Source: a virus. Taken from it: a stretch of DNA of 64,000 bases. The notes beneath the pieces were generated by a model that ran no database searches, was not told where the DNA came from, and saw only the letters and a list, made by a program, of their open reading frames with translations. Positions within the stretch are counted from its first letter, which is position 1. Each line of letters begins with the position of its first letter. The stretch covers positions 1 to 64,000 of IMG/VR virus record IMGVR_UViG_3300035698_005082. One strand, written 5' to 3'. The position numbers and the translations under genes are program-made. Of the stretch, positions 1 to 9,328 are shown in pieces.

Positions 1-1
1 C

Positions 2-235
2 AATGGTTCTGATCCCTTCGAGGGGTCAGTAACTTACGTTTCGGTGCATGGCAGAGCTTTGTCAAACGAGGAAGTTAAGTCATTCGTACTAAATCCATTT
101 CAGATATTACAACAAGTAGCTAACCAGTCGCCATATTTTATACCAATCAATTCGGAAGTGTTACAGATATCTGGATACTACACTGGATCACCGATATTAC
201 TAGAATATTATGGTGCATCATTAATTTCAGGATAG
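2..235 (+). CDS. 3' end of a gene truncated by the window edge; probable LamG/concanavalin A-like domain structural protein
   Basis: Frame is open from base 2 (NGSDPFEGSVTYVSVHGRALSNEEV...). FxGxI/V..V.....AL...E resembles the last strands of LamG-like domains. The GTG start at 44 is probably not the real start. Confidence 0.5.
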   Translation, partial: NGSDPFEGSVTYVSVHGRALSNEEVKSFVLNPFQILQQVANQSPYFIPINSEVLQISGYYTGSPILLEYYGASLISG

Positions 236-244
236 AGTTTTAAT

Positions 245-721
245 ATGATTAAAATAGCATTCTACAAAGGTAGTGGATCATCACTACTTCTTAAGGCAAC
301 CAATCTTTTAATAAAAGTATGGACTATGGGAAAATATTCTCACTGCGAGTTGATAATATCTGATAGTAAATCAGATAGGTGGTATTCGATATCAGGAATG
401 GGTCTTGGTATAATAAGGCGCAATTCTAATTATCAATATGTTGATTCTGAATGGGATATATATTCTGTAAATACGGAAGCGTCTGATGGCGAATTAGAGA
501 AACTTCTGATTCTAGAGATGGGTAAAAAGTATGACTGGGTAGGAATATTCTTTTGTCAGATATTCAGCATAAATATGGAAGATCCAAAAAGGTGGTTCTG
601 TTCTGAGTATTGTATGGCTTCATTAAAGAAGGCGTTGATATTGAAAAGCAACAATTCTGCACAATCGACTAGCCCAAATGATCTAGTTCGGATCATGTCT
701 GATAATGGAATATTATCATAA
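245..721 (+). CDS. Permuted papain-like (YiiX/YebB-type NlpC/P60) cysteine peptidase/amidase
   Basis: His motif YSHCEL precedes GKKYDW and Cys motif WFCSE, the circularly permuted catalytic order. Confidence 0.75.
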   Translation: MIKIAFYKGSGSSLLLKATNLLIKVWTMGKYSHCELIISDSKSDRWYSISGMGLGIIRRNSNYQYVDSEWDIYSVNTEASDGELEKLLILEMGKKYDWVGIFFCQIFSINMEDPKRWFCSEYCMASLKKALILKSNNSAQSTSPNDLVRIMSDNGILS

Positions 722-735
722 CATCGCGTAAATAC

Positions 736-764
736 TTGAAATTTATAACAGAAAGTTGTAAAAT
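736..764 (+). promoter_or_regulatory. Sigma70-like promoter upstream of the packaging/structural operon
   Basis: TTGAAA (736-741), 17-bp spacer, TAAAAT (759-764), in one of the few intergenic gaps. Confidence 0.6.
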
Positions 765-765
765 G

Positions 766-799
766 AAAATCCCCCTTTCTTATGACAGTGGGATTTTTT
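766..799 (+). terminator. Probable intrinsic terminator for the upstream genes
   Basis: AAAATCCC (766-773) / GGGATTTT (790-797) inverted repeat ending in a T6 run. The loop is long, so strength is uncertain. Confidence 0.45.
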
Positions 800-826
800 G
801 CATATATGCACAACTAAAAGGTAAAC

Positions 827-1705
827 ATGAAAAATCAATTTTCCAATCAAACTGAAATACTACAGATGCTTAATAAGTCTGTAAAGATAAGAGAAGAGCA
901 GGAAGCTTCCCCTATAGTTGCGGAGCCAGAAGAGACTGAGGTCTTAACATCACCAAGTGTGGAAACCGAGCAAGCATTGGTTGGTCTTAACGGTATAAAG
1001 GTTGAAAGTAATGGTCAAATGTCTAAAACAAGATATTTTGAAATGCTTGATTTTGACAAAGAGAAATATTCAGATGTAGTATTTACAGAAGAAGAAGCCA
1101 AGAAGGTCTCTATGTCCATAAGGCATCTGTCAACGGGTATAAATGCAGCTGTGCCATTAACATGTGCAGGAAGCGCATGCCCATTCGCAAATAGCTGTCC
1201 ATATATAGAGATAGGTAAACCACCAATAGGTAGACCATGCCTTGTAGAAAACCAGTTGATAAAATACTGGACCAGACAATTCATAGAGGAATTCGATGTA
1301 GATGGTACAAGCATAACAGAGATACAGCTCGTATCAGAGCTTGCTGAATTTAACATATATGAACTTAGAGTTACCAAGTATCTAGCAGAGCATCATCAAA
1401 CGCTAATGCAGAATGTGGTAACAAGCATAGATCAAACTGGTGAGGTAATAGAAAATCAGGAGATCTCTAGAGCATTCGATCTAAAAGAAAGGATAAAGAG
1501 AAATAGAATGAAGGTCTTGGAGGCACTTATGGCTACCAGGAAAGAGAGGGTTAAGATTGATGCACAAAAGAATACTGGACAATCTACAGCTGCTAAGCTA
1601 ACAGAAATGAGAGAGAAGCTAGAGGAATACCTAGGTGATATCAAAAAGCAGAAGGCAGTAGATGCTGAGGTAGTAGAAAATGAGAAAGGTAAAATTAACT
1701 CTTAA
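827..1705 (+). CDS. Hypothetical protein with Cys cluster and C-terminal coiled coil (possible small terminase-like packaging partner)
   Basis: 292-aa ORF preceded by AAGG. Contains CAGSACPFANSCP...RPC and a helical charged C-terminus. First gene after the promoter; function inferred from position only. Confidence 0.4.
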   Translation: MKNQFSNQTEILQMLNKSVKIREEQEASPIVAEPEETEVLTSPSVETEQALVGLNGIKVESNGQMSKTRYFEMLDFDKEKYSDVVFTEEEAKKVSMSIRHLSTGINAAVPLTCAGSACPFANSCPYIEIGKPPIGRPCLVENQLIKYWTRQFIEEFDVDGTSITEIQLVSELAEFNIYELRVTKYLAEHHQTLMQNVVTSIDQTGEVIENQEISRAFDLKERIKRNRMKVLEALMATRKERVKIDAQKNTGQSTAAKLTEMREKLEEYLGDIKKQKAVDAEVVENEKGKINS

Positions 1706-2222
1706 ACATCACAAGGCATTAAGAAGAAGAATAAAAAAGAAGAAGTCTATAGAAAAAAGCAGTCAAGTTAGGGAAAAGGGCTTTGTTAGAAACAAGAATA
1801 AAGGATTATATATATCTGGTATGTTCTGGTCAGTAAAGAATAAGAAGGAATATGTATTTAGATCTACATATGAATTTGCATACTTCTACATACTGGAGAG
1901 GGATACTAGTGTTGAATCTTACATAGTGGAACCATTCCATTTGCCATACAAGCATCCCTTTGATGGAAAGATAAGAAAGTATTATCCAGATATAATTGTA
2001 TTATACACCGATGGAAGCATGAAGCTTATCGAAATAAAGCCAGCAAGCATGGTTAACGACCCAGTTGTTTCAAGAAAGGCCACAGCAGCTAAGCTATATC
2101 TAAAGAGAGAAAAAATACCAGCTACGTTCCACTTCGTAACAGAAGAGGATATATTCCACACATCAAAAGATTACAGGAATCTAAAAGACTTACTACTAAA
2201 AGATCCGAACTATGTTTTTTAA
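1680..2222 (+). CDS. TnsA-like PD-(D/E)xK endonuclease, T4 gp4 head-completion nuclease type
   Basis: FRSTYE...EPFHLPY...RKYYPDIIV...LIEIKP matches the TnsA_N/gp4 signature; lies near the terminase. Confidence 0.8.
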   Translation: MRKVKLTLKHHKALRRRIKKKKSIEKSSQVREKGFVRNKNKGLYISGMFWSVKNKKEYVFRSTYEFAYFYILERDTSVESYIVEPFHLPYKHPFDGKIRKYYPDIIVLYTDGSMKLIEIKPASMVNDPVVSRKATAAKLYLKREKIPATFHFVTEEDIFHTSKDYRNLKDLLLKDPNYVF

Positions 2223-3678
2223 CAATATAAAAGAAAGATTATCATCATTAGACATAGAGACATCTGGCCTATCTGAGAAGAAGGATTGGATCTGGTCTAT
2301 AGGCAGTTCTAAGAATGGAAAAGAAACAGAACGGTTTATACAGCAAGCAGATAAAGAAAAGCTGTCAGCCCTATTTGAAAATAAGATATTCAATATAGAG
2401 GGATACTTCGATCCATACAAAGAAGCTATGAAAGATAGAAGAGTTATGCTAAAGGATACGGCGATACAGAAGCTGTTCAACGATATAGATAAAGAGTCTG
2501 TAATTCTTATACAGAATATAAACTTTGAAAACAAGTTTATAGGAGAAGCACTAGGGGATATTCAGGCAGATGCATACTCAGAGAAGTTTGCATTCGTATC
2601 CAGTAAGCATAAAGGAAGACTATTGTATACACCACCGGAAGTAACACAAGCTAGGCATCAGGCAGCAAGAGAGAGCACATTACTTAAGTATGCAAAGACG
2701 GATAGCCAGAAGAATAAGATTATTAATAATATTAATAATATATACACAGGGATGATGAAATCTTACGATGAAGCCATATCCAGCAAGAGTGGTGCAGTAA
2801 CAGTGGAGCTGATGGATATATCAAGGGCAACATATGCAGCAGCAGCACAAAAAGGGTTTATATCACCAGAAAACATGAGGACAGGATTGTCTGTAGATTT
2901 TTTATCAAAGGTGTTTTTCGGTAAGGCAGAGAAGCATACGGCAGCAGCCGATGCTACGTTACAGTTGAAGATATTCAATAGGCTGAATCAGATAAGGGAA
3001 GAGCTAGGAAGTGGAAACTTATCAAAAGAAACAAGATCACAATTAGCAAAAATAAAGGCAGTTCAGCCATTTGAGTCAAGTAGGACATTCTTCTCATCAT
3101 TAAGGAATACTCTTGAGGAAATACAAAACAATGGATCAACCCGCGTAATAGATCCGCTTAAGGCAAGTGCTAGAAATATAACTGTAAATGGTAAAGACTA
3201 TAATATAGCAGCAAACACATCTAGATCTACATCTATACCAGGCGAAGCCACAGCACATGTAGCTGAAAGATATTTCGGCATGAATACACCTGGTGTTAAT
3301 CCAGAATCTTTTATAGAAAAGCTGGACGGCAAGACATTAGATGAACAGATAGGAATTGTCAAAAAAGCAGAAGAGGGCTTCGCAAGCAGAATACAGAAAA
3401 AATTCTTTGATACAGAAACCTCTATAGATAGAATTAAGAATGTATATGATGGCATATCTCGTAAGTCTAAGAGGAATATTGGACTTGGAGTAGCTGGTGC
3501 AGTAATATATGCAGCTACATCTTCAGAAGAAGATGATCAAACATACAAAGAAAAGAAAGACGAAATGATGTATGCGAGAAGTAGTGATCGTACATTTAAA
3601 ATGTTTTCAGAGCCAGAAGTATATCATGGAACTGGATTATATCTTTGGGAAAATGCAGTAAAACACCATGAGTATTAA
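2212..3678 (+). CDS. DEDDh (DnaQ-like) 3'-5' exonuclease domain protein with C-terminal hydrophobic helix
   Basis: ExoI LDIETSG, ExoII-like QNINFE, ExoIII HTAAADA; C-terminal KRNIGLGVAGAVIYAA. Confidence 0.7.
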   Translation: MFFNNIKERLSSLDIETSGLSEKKDWIWSIGSSKNGKETERFIQQADKEKLSALFENKIFNIEGYFDPYKEAMKDRRVMLKDTAIQKLFNDIDKESVILIQNINFENKFIGEALGDIQADAYSEKFAFVSSKHKGRLLYTPPEVTQARHQAARESTLLKYAKTDSQKNKIINNINNIYTGMMKSYDEAISSKSGAVTVELMDISRATYAAAAQKGFISPENMRTGLSVDFLSKVFFGKAEKHTAAADATLQLKIFNRLNQIREELGSGNLSKETRSQLAKIKAVQPFESSRTFFSSLRNTLEEIQNNGSTRVIDPLKASARNITVNGKDYNIAANTSRSTSIPGEATAHVAERYFGMNTPGVNPESFIEKLDGKTLDEQIGIVKKAEEGFASRIQKKFFDTETSIDRIKNVYDGISRKSKRNIGLGVAGAVIYAATSSEEDDQTYKEKKDEMMYARSSDRTFKMFSEPEVYHGTGLYLWENAVKHHEY

Positions 3679-4457
3679 TGATGAATAGTGAAAATTTTTT
3701 TGGTCTAGGCGATAAGGCTAGGGATAAGTATAATAATTTCAAGACAAGGCTAGCCCGACAGATTAGGGATAATGTAGTTAATCCATCACATTCCAATTAT
3801 AGTGAGTCTAACTATGGATACAGAGACAAGGCTGCTAGAGAAGGACAAACTGCTCCTGGGCATTTTAAGAAATCTGCTGTTATGGCATTTGGTGGATCCG
3901 GTCTAAAAAGGGAAACATTATTGAACTCAGTTGGATTCCTTACTAAAAATCAAAAAGCATCAGCAAAGAATGGTCCCTTTATGTCTAGGATACAGAGATC
4001 GATAATACCAGGAGGTGCAGCGCTTGGTGGTGCATTAACCCTATCGGATGGTGGTAACGCATTAGACTTCGTAGGAGATTTTGTAATACCAGAAATAGGA
4101 ATGTTTACAGGATGGCACGTTGGTAAAAACGCAGGATTTGGAACAGCTAAAGCTTTAGGTTTTGGAGGTAGAGCTGTGCTAGTTGCTGGAGCAGCAGGCG
4201 GCATAGCAGCAGCAGCAACTGGATTAGGAATAGGAATAGGATTAGGAATGGTAGTATCAGAAATGAGCGATTCAGACTCGATAGTAAATTCTACTGTGGA
4301 AAAGATAATGCATGCTGACTTTGACTTGTCCATAAACAATACACAGAACACATTAACACACAAGCAGAGAGCACTAAATAAGCTTTCTAAAAGTGCCCTG
4401 AATGACAGGGGAGCACTTCTTGGAAATGAAGCACAAGTCATCGCAGGAATCTTATAA
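3678..4457 (+). CDS. Gly/Ala-rich hydrophobic protein (glycine-zipper-like; possible ejected or membrane-inserting virion protein)
   Basis: GGAALGGAL and AVLVAGAAGGIAAAATGLGIGIGLGMVV segments; stop/start overlaps with both neighbours. Confidence 0.5.
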   Translation: MMNSENFFGLGDKARDKYNNFKTRLARQIRDNVVNPSHSNYSESNYGYRDKAAREGQTAPGHFKKSAVMAFGGSGLKRETLLNSVGFLTKNQKASAKNGPFMSRIQRSIIPGGAALGGALTLSDGGNALDFVGDFVIPEIGMFTGWHVGKNAGFGTAKALGFGGRAVLVAGAAGGIAAAATGLGIGIGLGMVVSEMSDSDSIVNSTVEKIMHADFDLSINNTQNTLTHKQRALNKLSKSALNDRGALLGNEAQVIAGIL

Positions 4458-6355
4458 TGGCTACCGAAGAAAAAGAGTTTAGAAAAGGATTCGCGAATAT
4501 ACCTCTTTCCCAAATACATTGGAAAGATTATATGGAGGCAAAGAATTATGAAGATGACATTAACGGCATGTGTGGGAAATGCATAAGGGATCAAACTCTA
4601 AAGTTTGGTGAAGCCAAAATAGAATGTAGAGGTTTAGCTGGTGCAAATATGTTAATAGACGAAAGCATCAAGCATCTATTCTCAGAAGATGATATGGCAG
4701 TTGCGGAGCAATTGGCTAATCCATACGCTTGGGCTGAAGCAAATATAGATAAAAAGAAATTCACAAGTAGATGGTATCAAGAACAATTTGTTCGGTGTAC
4801 GTCAAAAAGATTGACACTGAGATGCGGTAGACGTGCAGGAAAAAGTTTTTCATTAGCACTAAAGATGCTGCATCGTGCAATGACAACAGAATGTAAAGTT
4901 CTTATTGTTACACCATATGAAATACAGGCAGAAGAATTAGTTAATCTAATGCTAGAGTTCTTATGGGCGCTAAATCCAGAATACGGAACATATGATTCCG
5001 TAGTTGAAAGATATGTTAAATCTCCAACTCACTTAATAAAGCTAAAGAATGGATCAAGAATAAGAGCATTCACTACTGGATCTTCAGGAGCTGGTTCTGT
5101 TCGTGGACAGGCAGCAGATGTAATAGTCCTGGACGAAGTAGATTATATGAGTGAAGCAGATTTCAATTCCATATTAGCCATATTAGCAGATAACGCAGAT
5201 GTCGAACTATGGGTTGCATCGACTCCAAACGGAAAGAGTCAGCTATATAGACTAGAAAGCCTAGAAGACTATAGATCGTTTCATTTTCCATCATATGTAT
5301 TGCCTCATTACAATGAGAAGCTGGATAAAGAATTTAAGGGCCAGTTTACAGACATCGGATATGTTCAGGAAGTAATGGCAGAATTCGGTGAAACAGAGGC
5401 AGGTGTATTCCAAGACTTTTTTATAGAAAAGAATACGATAGCAGATATAGATAGGGCGGATGTTCTAACGAATAGAGCTAGATATATAATAATGCTTGGA
5501 GGCGATTGGAATGATGATAAGAATGGCACCAGGCTATTGGCTATAGCTTTTGACAAAGAGACTAAGCAATTCTTTGTGTGTGATAAAAGAAGAGTGTCGA
5601 AAGAGGGATGGACTCAGGTAGAAGCAGTAAAAGAGATTATCCAATTTAATAGAAAGTATAGATTTGATTATATATATCTTGATGAAGGGTACGGAGTATC
5701 CAATATTCAGTTTATAAAACAGTACGCAATAGATAAAAGAGGTTCTTTACCAGTAGGGCATCCAGATTTAAATCTATCAGAAGTGGTTGGTATAAACTTT
5801 TCAAGCAAAGTAGAAGTATTGCCAACTGAAGGTGGCGATACTATAAAGAAAGATATGAAAGTATATCTCGTAGAAAACACTGTGCGCCTATTAGAAAGAG
5901 ATGCGATAAAGCTGGATATACAATTCGACAAAGATCTAATAGCGCAGATGAGAAACTATGTAGTATTAAGAAAGACGCCAACTGGTAAACCAATATTTGG
6001 TACAGATGATTCTAAAGTTGGAGACCATGATCTAGATGCATTTATGGTTGGACTGCTTGGCTGGAGTATGGAGAATTCTTCTTTTTTAAATCATGAAATA
6101 AGTGATGTACTTGTTAAGCTTGTATCTAAGGAAGACATGGGCCAGACCGATCACACTGCTACTGATGCAGGAAGTCAGCTATTTGCAAGCAATTTTGAGA
6201 GAAAACCAGTATCAAGACTATTCAACGAGAAGATAAACCGCTATAATAGGGCAACTTTTAATAAGAATCATTATAATAGCCCATCAAAATCGAATGGGCA
6301 AGGCAATGTTTTAAATATTGTAAACAATAATTCATCCAGGAGATCTGTCTTTTAA
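4457..6355 (+). CDS. terL: Terminase large subunit
   Basis: Adenine-binding WYQ, Walker A CGRRAGKS, VRG...Walker B VIVLDEVD, coupling motif ASTP, RNase H-like GGDWN and DHDLDA. Confidence 0.93.
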   Translation: MATEEKEFRKGFANIPLSQIHWKDYMEAKNYEDDINGMCGKCIRDQTLKFGEAKIECRGLAGANMLIDESIKHLFSEDDMAVAEQLANPYAWAEANIDKKKFTSRWYQEQFVRCTSKRLTLRCGRRAGKSFSLALKMLHRAMTTECKVLIVTPYEIQAEELVNLMLEFLWALNPEYGTYDSVVERYVKSPTHLIKLKNGSRIRAFTTGSSGAGSVRGQAADVIVLDEVDYMSEADFNSILAILADNADVELWVASTPNGKSQLYRLESLEDYRSFHFPSYVLPHYNEKLDKEFKGQFTDIGYVQEVMAEFGETEAGVFQDFFIEKNTIADIDRADVLTNRARYIIMLGGDWNDDKNGTRLLAIAFDKETKQFFVCDKRRVSKEGWTQVEAVKEIIQFNRKYRFDYIYLDEGYGVSNIQFIKQYAIDKRGSLPVGHPDLNLSEVVGINFSSKVEVLPTEGGDTIKKDMKVYLVENTVRLLERDAIKLDIQFDKDLIAQMRNYVVLRKTPTGKPIFGTDDSKVGDHDLDAFMVGLLGWSMENSSFLNHEISDVLVKLVSKEDMGQTDHTATDAGSQLFASNFERKPVSRLFNEKINRYNRATFNKNHYNSPSKSNGQGNVLNIVNNNSSRRSVF

Positions 6356-6792
6356 TGGCTACAATAATACTCTCACCACAGTCCGCAGTTATAGATGTAA
6401 ATACTGTTAGCGAATCAGTGGGTCTGTGCTATTTCGATCCTGAAACAGAATCGCTACTAGAGCTAGATACTCTACCAGATATGTTTCTTGCCGTAGAGCC
6501 AGGGAGCTATGCAATACGTAAGTTTTACATGGTAATGGATCCGATTGACATAGTTACATATTCAAAGATATCAATAGTATCTACGGATTATAATTCTGCT
6601 GCCTACTCAGTAAAGGTAATAATAAGCGAAAATGAGCCTCCTATCGACTCATTTCAAATACTACCTTCATACAATGGATTCGTTGTGACAAATCCTCCTC
6701 AGGGAGATTTCTTGTCTGTATGGCTACTAGTAGAAAACATATCAAAAGTTAATGAGATAATTAATATCGACATTGAGCTAGAATATGAGTGA
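6355..6792 (+). CDS. Hypothetical beta-rich virion protein
   Basis: 145-aa acidic ORF coupled to terL by TAATG overlap. Confidence 0.55.
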   Translation: MATIILSPQSAVIDVNTVSESVGLCYFDPETESLLELDTLPDMFLAVEPGSYAIRKFYMVMDPIDIVTYSKISIVSTDYNSAAYSVKVIISENEPPIDSFQILPSYNGFVVTNPPQGDFLSVWLLVENISKVNEIINIDIELEYE

Positions 6793-7069
6793 CCTAAGCG
6801 ATTACGTTTCACAATCCAAGGATGCCATAAGAGCACTCAAGGAAGTTAAGAGATCTATGGGCGATGATTTGTCTGAGATACGAGTTGTTGTAAATAGCGA
6901 AGATAGCCCGTCTGTAGCTAATGCTATAGACGAAGTATTCGGAGAAATGGAAAGTGATGATCCTAGAAAAGGATACATAACATTTGACATGTATATGCAG
7001 TGTATGAGAATAATAAATGCAGCAGGACAAGCAAAGGCCTCGTCAATACTAGATAAGGACTTCTCTTAA
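6785..7069 (+). CDS. Hypothetical protein
   Basis: 94-aa ORF overlapping both neighbours, same strand and codon style. Confidence 0.55.
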   Translation: MSDLSDYVSQSKDAIRALKEVKRSMGDDLSEIRVVVNSEDSPSVANAIDEVFGEMESDDPRKGYITFDMYMQCMRIINAAGQAKASSILDKDFS

Positions 7070-7527
7070 TGCTGCCTATAGTTTTCATAGACTATGCGTC
7101 TTCATTTTGGCAAGCAAAAGTCGAAGCAGAGATATACATGAGATTATATCAGTATGCCGCTGAAGACTTTCGGACGGTTGCAGATTGTAGAGTCGGACAT
7201 ACATTAGTCAATACATGGATGGCTAATACTAATACAAGTATTAAGGTTTATCAGCAACAGGTTCAGTCTCATACGCACATTGCTCCGCATGGTGCTACAT
7301 CAACACCAATAAGCCCTATGCAGTTTCAGCAAATACTTCCACCTATGATACCCATATCTAGAACTCTTAGACCAGAAAATCACTTTGCTAATTATGTAAT
7401 ACCGGGTGCCAATTTGTCTTATATAGATTTAAGCATAACAGGTGTGAATATACCATTCCCCACATTTAGAAGAGCCATGCAGATACCTATTGCATATGGC
7501 CCAGTATCCTTAGCGTTGAAATTGTAA
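7069..7527 (+). CDS. Hypothetical protein with HxH spike-apex-like motif
   Basis: Heptad-like segment followed by SHTHIAPHGATSTP; TAATG coupling. Confidence 0.45.
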   Translation: MLPIVFIDYASSFWQAKVEAEIYMRLYQYAAEDFRTVADCRVGHTLVNTWMANTNTSIKVYQQQVQSHTHIAPHGATSTPISPMQFQQILPPMIPISRTLRPENHFANYVIPGANLSYIDLSITGVNIPFPTFRRAMQIPIAYGPVSLALKL

Positions 7528-7529
7528 AC

Positions 7530-9323
7530 ATGATAGAAGCAACAGTGGATCAAGAAAAGATTGGCCTAAGCGAATCTTTGTATCATGCGCAAATAGTAGT
7601 AGATGCATTTGCAAAAGCATTACAAAACAAACAGTGTATGTCACGAATACCAATCGCCGTGTATACGGAAGCTGAACTATATGAATTAAGACTGCAAAGC
7701 ATATTAAGATCTGTAGGTGAAGATACATCTGGTGACCCAGAACTGGAACCAGAGTTTTCATTTGATTACGTAGTGCCCAATCCTGATGGCTCAACGGTTA
7801 TATCTAATAATACATATACCGAAATAGATCCAGAAATAGTAGACATAAAAAGAACCTATGGCGACGACTGTTTTAATTGTGGTCTAGAGTCTGTAACAAT
7901 GGATTTCGGAAGAGTTTTTGATTCTATATTAAATAGGATAAAAGATTTCTTTGATCAGATAGCTAGCTTATTTAGTTTAAATGTACCAAATCTATGTCAG
8001 CTATCATATATGCTATCGTATGTATGCATACCAGACTTAGTCGCTATGTTAGCAATGATCCTGGCTGCGATAGTAAAGCTAATATCTGCAATATTTATCG
8101 GAACATTCAGCTTGGCTTCTTTTATTATGGGCATAATAATGCAAATAATAAATGCAATATTGAAATTTGCCTTGGCACTAATATCCGCCGCACTTAAGCC
8201 AATTAGCTGCCTATTGGACACCTTAACAGATATAGCCAACAGTATCCCTACAAAGGATGTTTTAGAAAAAAGACTTCCAGATGAAGAATATGAATTTTTA
8301 TATGGAGAACCAAGAGTAGATTCAAATACTCCAGACCCAATAGGGAATGCTAAGTCTCAATTATCAGCAACTAATGAAAGCCTCAGCAAGTCTCTTAAGG
8401 AGTCAATGGGCACTATAGCTTCACAAGTAGAGACAGCAGTAGAGATAGTGGATGGTTCTATAGAGGACATGTTTGCTTTATTATCATTTATGGAATGTGA
8501 GCCAACCAGAAGTGGCTCTAGTATATTTGAAAAGATTGCGTCGATAGTAGAGCTTATGCAGATTGCCAATATAATAATGGCAATAATAGATGCAAAGTCC
8601 AGAAATTCAGACATTAATGGCAAGTGTGAAGTTCGCGATTCAGACGTTTCCATAGTGACATCTGAAGGAGACGACCTGTTTGATGATGCTCTGGATGGCG
8701 ACATACCAGAAGACACTGCAGGGTTTACCTCTGATGATATAGCAGACATAATAGAAGATGTATTCGGAGTAGAATCTGAAATAGTAAGAAGTAATAACAA
8801 TGACATAGCTCTTATTATAAAGAAAAATACTGACTTTAGAAGTCAGTTGAACTTTTACGATTGTAATCTACCAGAGCTAGTGAAGGACTACCACTTAGAT
8901 GCGGTAATAGAAAGATCTATAGTTACAGAAGATAATCTTATTGGAGAAGGGAAGGGTCCACGAACCACAAACAGAAGAAGAATAAATATAGTAGATGTTG
9001 ATAGAGATGATACATCTATACAAATATTGCCATTAGAGATACCAACTGGCGATGGTGAAACAATAAATACCATAATAGCAGATGTAATAGCTACTAAAAA
9101 AAGAGCCAGCAAGAATGTAGATGGCCCATTTTCAGATGACACTATTAATACAGATGGTACTGGATTAAAAAATGCTGATACAAGAATTAAAAACGAAGAC
9201 TATTCATTAGGAACAATCCCTAATAATGCCATGCCTTCTACAATATTTAATAAACCAGTGGAATTACAATGTGGATCTATAGATAGTATAGAAAGACAAT
9301 TTTCCATCCTACAGGAATCATAA
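7530..9323 (+). CDS. Hypothetical acidic protein with a long hydrophobic/amphipathic helical segment
   Basis: 597-aa ORF; about 60 residues (LVAMLAMILAAIVKL...FALALISAALKP) are strongly apolar; several Cys. Confidence 0.55.
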   Translation: MIEATVDQEKIGLSESLYHAQIVVDAFAKALQNKQCMSRIPIAVYTEAELYELRLQSILRSVGEDTSGDPELEPEFSFDYVVPNPDGSTVISNNTYTEIDPEIVDIKRTYGDDCFNCGLESVTMDFGRVFDSILNRIKDFFDQIASLFSLNVPNLCQLSYMLSYVCIPDLVAMLAMILAAIVKLISAIFIGTFSLASFIMGIIMQIINAILKFALALISAALKPISCLLDTLTDIANSIPTKDVLEKRLPDEEYEFLYGEPRVDSNTPDPIGNAKSQLSATNESLSKSLKESMGTIASQVETAVEIVDGSIEDMFALLSFMECEPTRSGSSIFEKIASIVELMQIANIIMAIIDAKSRNSDINGKCEVRDSDVSIVTSEGDDLFDDALDGDIPEDTAGFTSDDIADIIEDVFGVESEIVRSNNNDIALIIKKNTDFRSQLNFYDCNLPELVKDYHLDAVIERSIVTEDNLIGEGKGPRTTNRRRINIVDVDRDDTSIQILPLEIPTGDGETINTIIADVIATKKRASKNVDGPFSDDTINTDGTGLKNADTRIKNEDYSLGTIPNNAMPSTIFNKPVELQCGSIDSIERQFSILQES

Positions 9324-9328
9324 TTAAA

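Noticed and set aside
6-33. Stem-loop CTGATCCC-TTCGA-GGGGTCAG
   Set aside because: Inside a coding frame, no U-tract, and upstream context is cut off; no function can be supported.
1680-2222. Tn7-like transposon suggested by the TnsA-type domain
   Set aside because: No TnsB/TnsC genes or terminal repeats; context fits a gp4-like head completion nuclease.
4221-4250. GGA(A/T)TA hexamer repeat, and GCA runs elsewhere
   Set aside because: Simply encode GLGIGIGLG and poly-Ala; no spacers, not a CRISPR array or contingency tract.
4457-6355. Intein or intron in terminase (also checked portal, MCP and RNAP candidate)
   Set aside because: Sizes are normal and no intein splice-junction or homing endonuclease motifs were seen.
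7994-8197. Alternative-frame plus-strand ORF of 67 aa
   Set aside because: Nested in 7530..9323 with no SD or motif; likely incidental.
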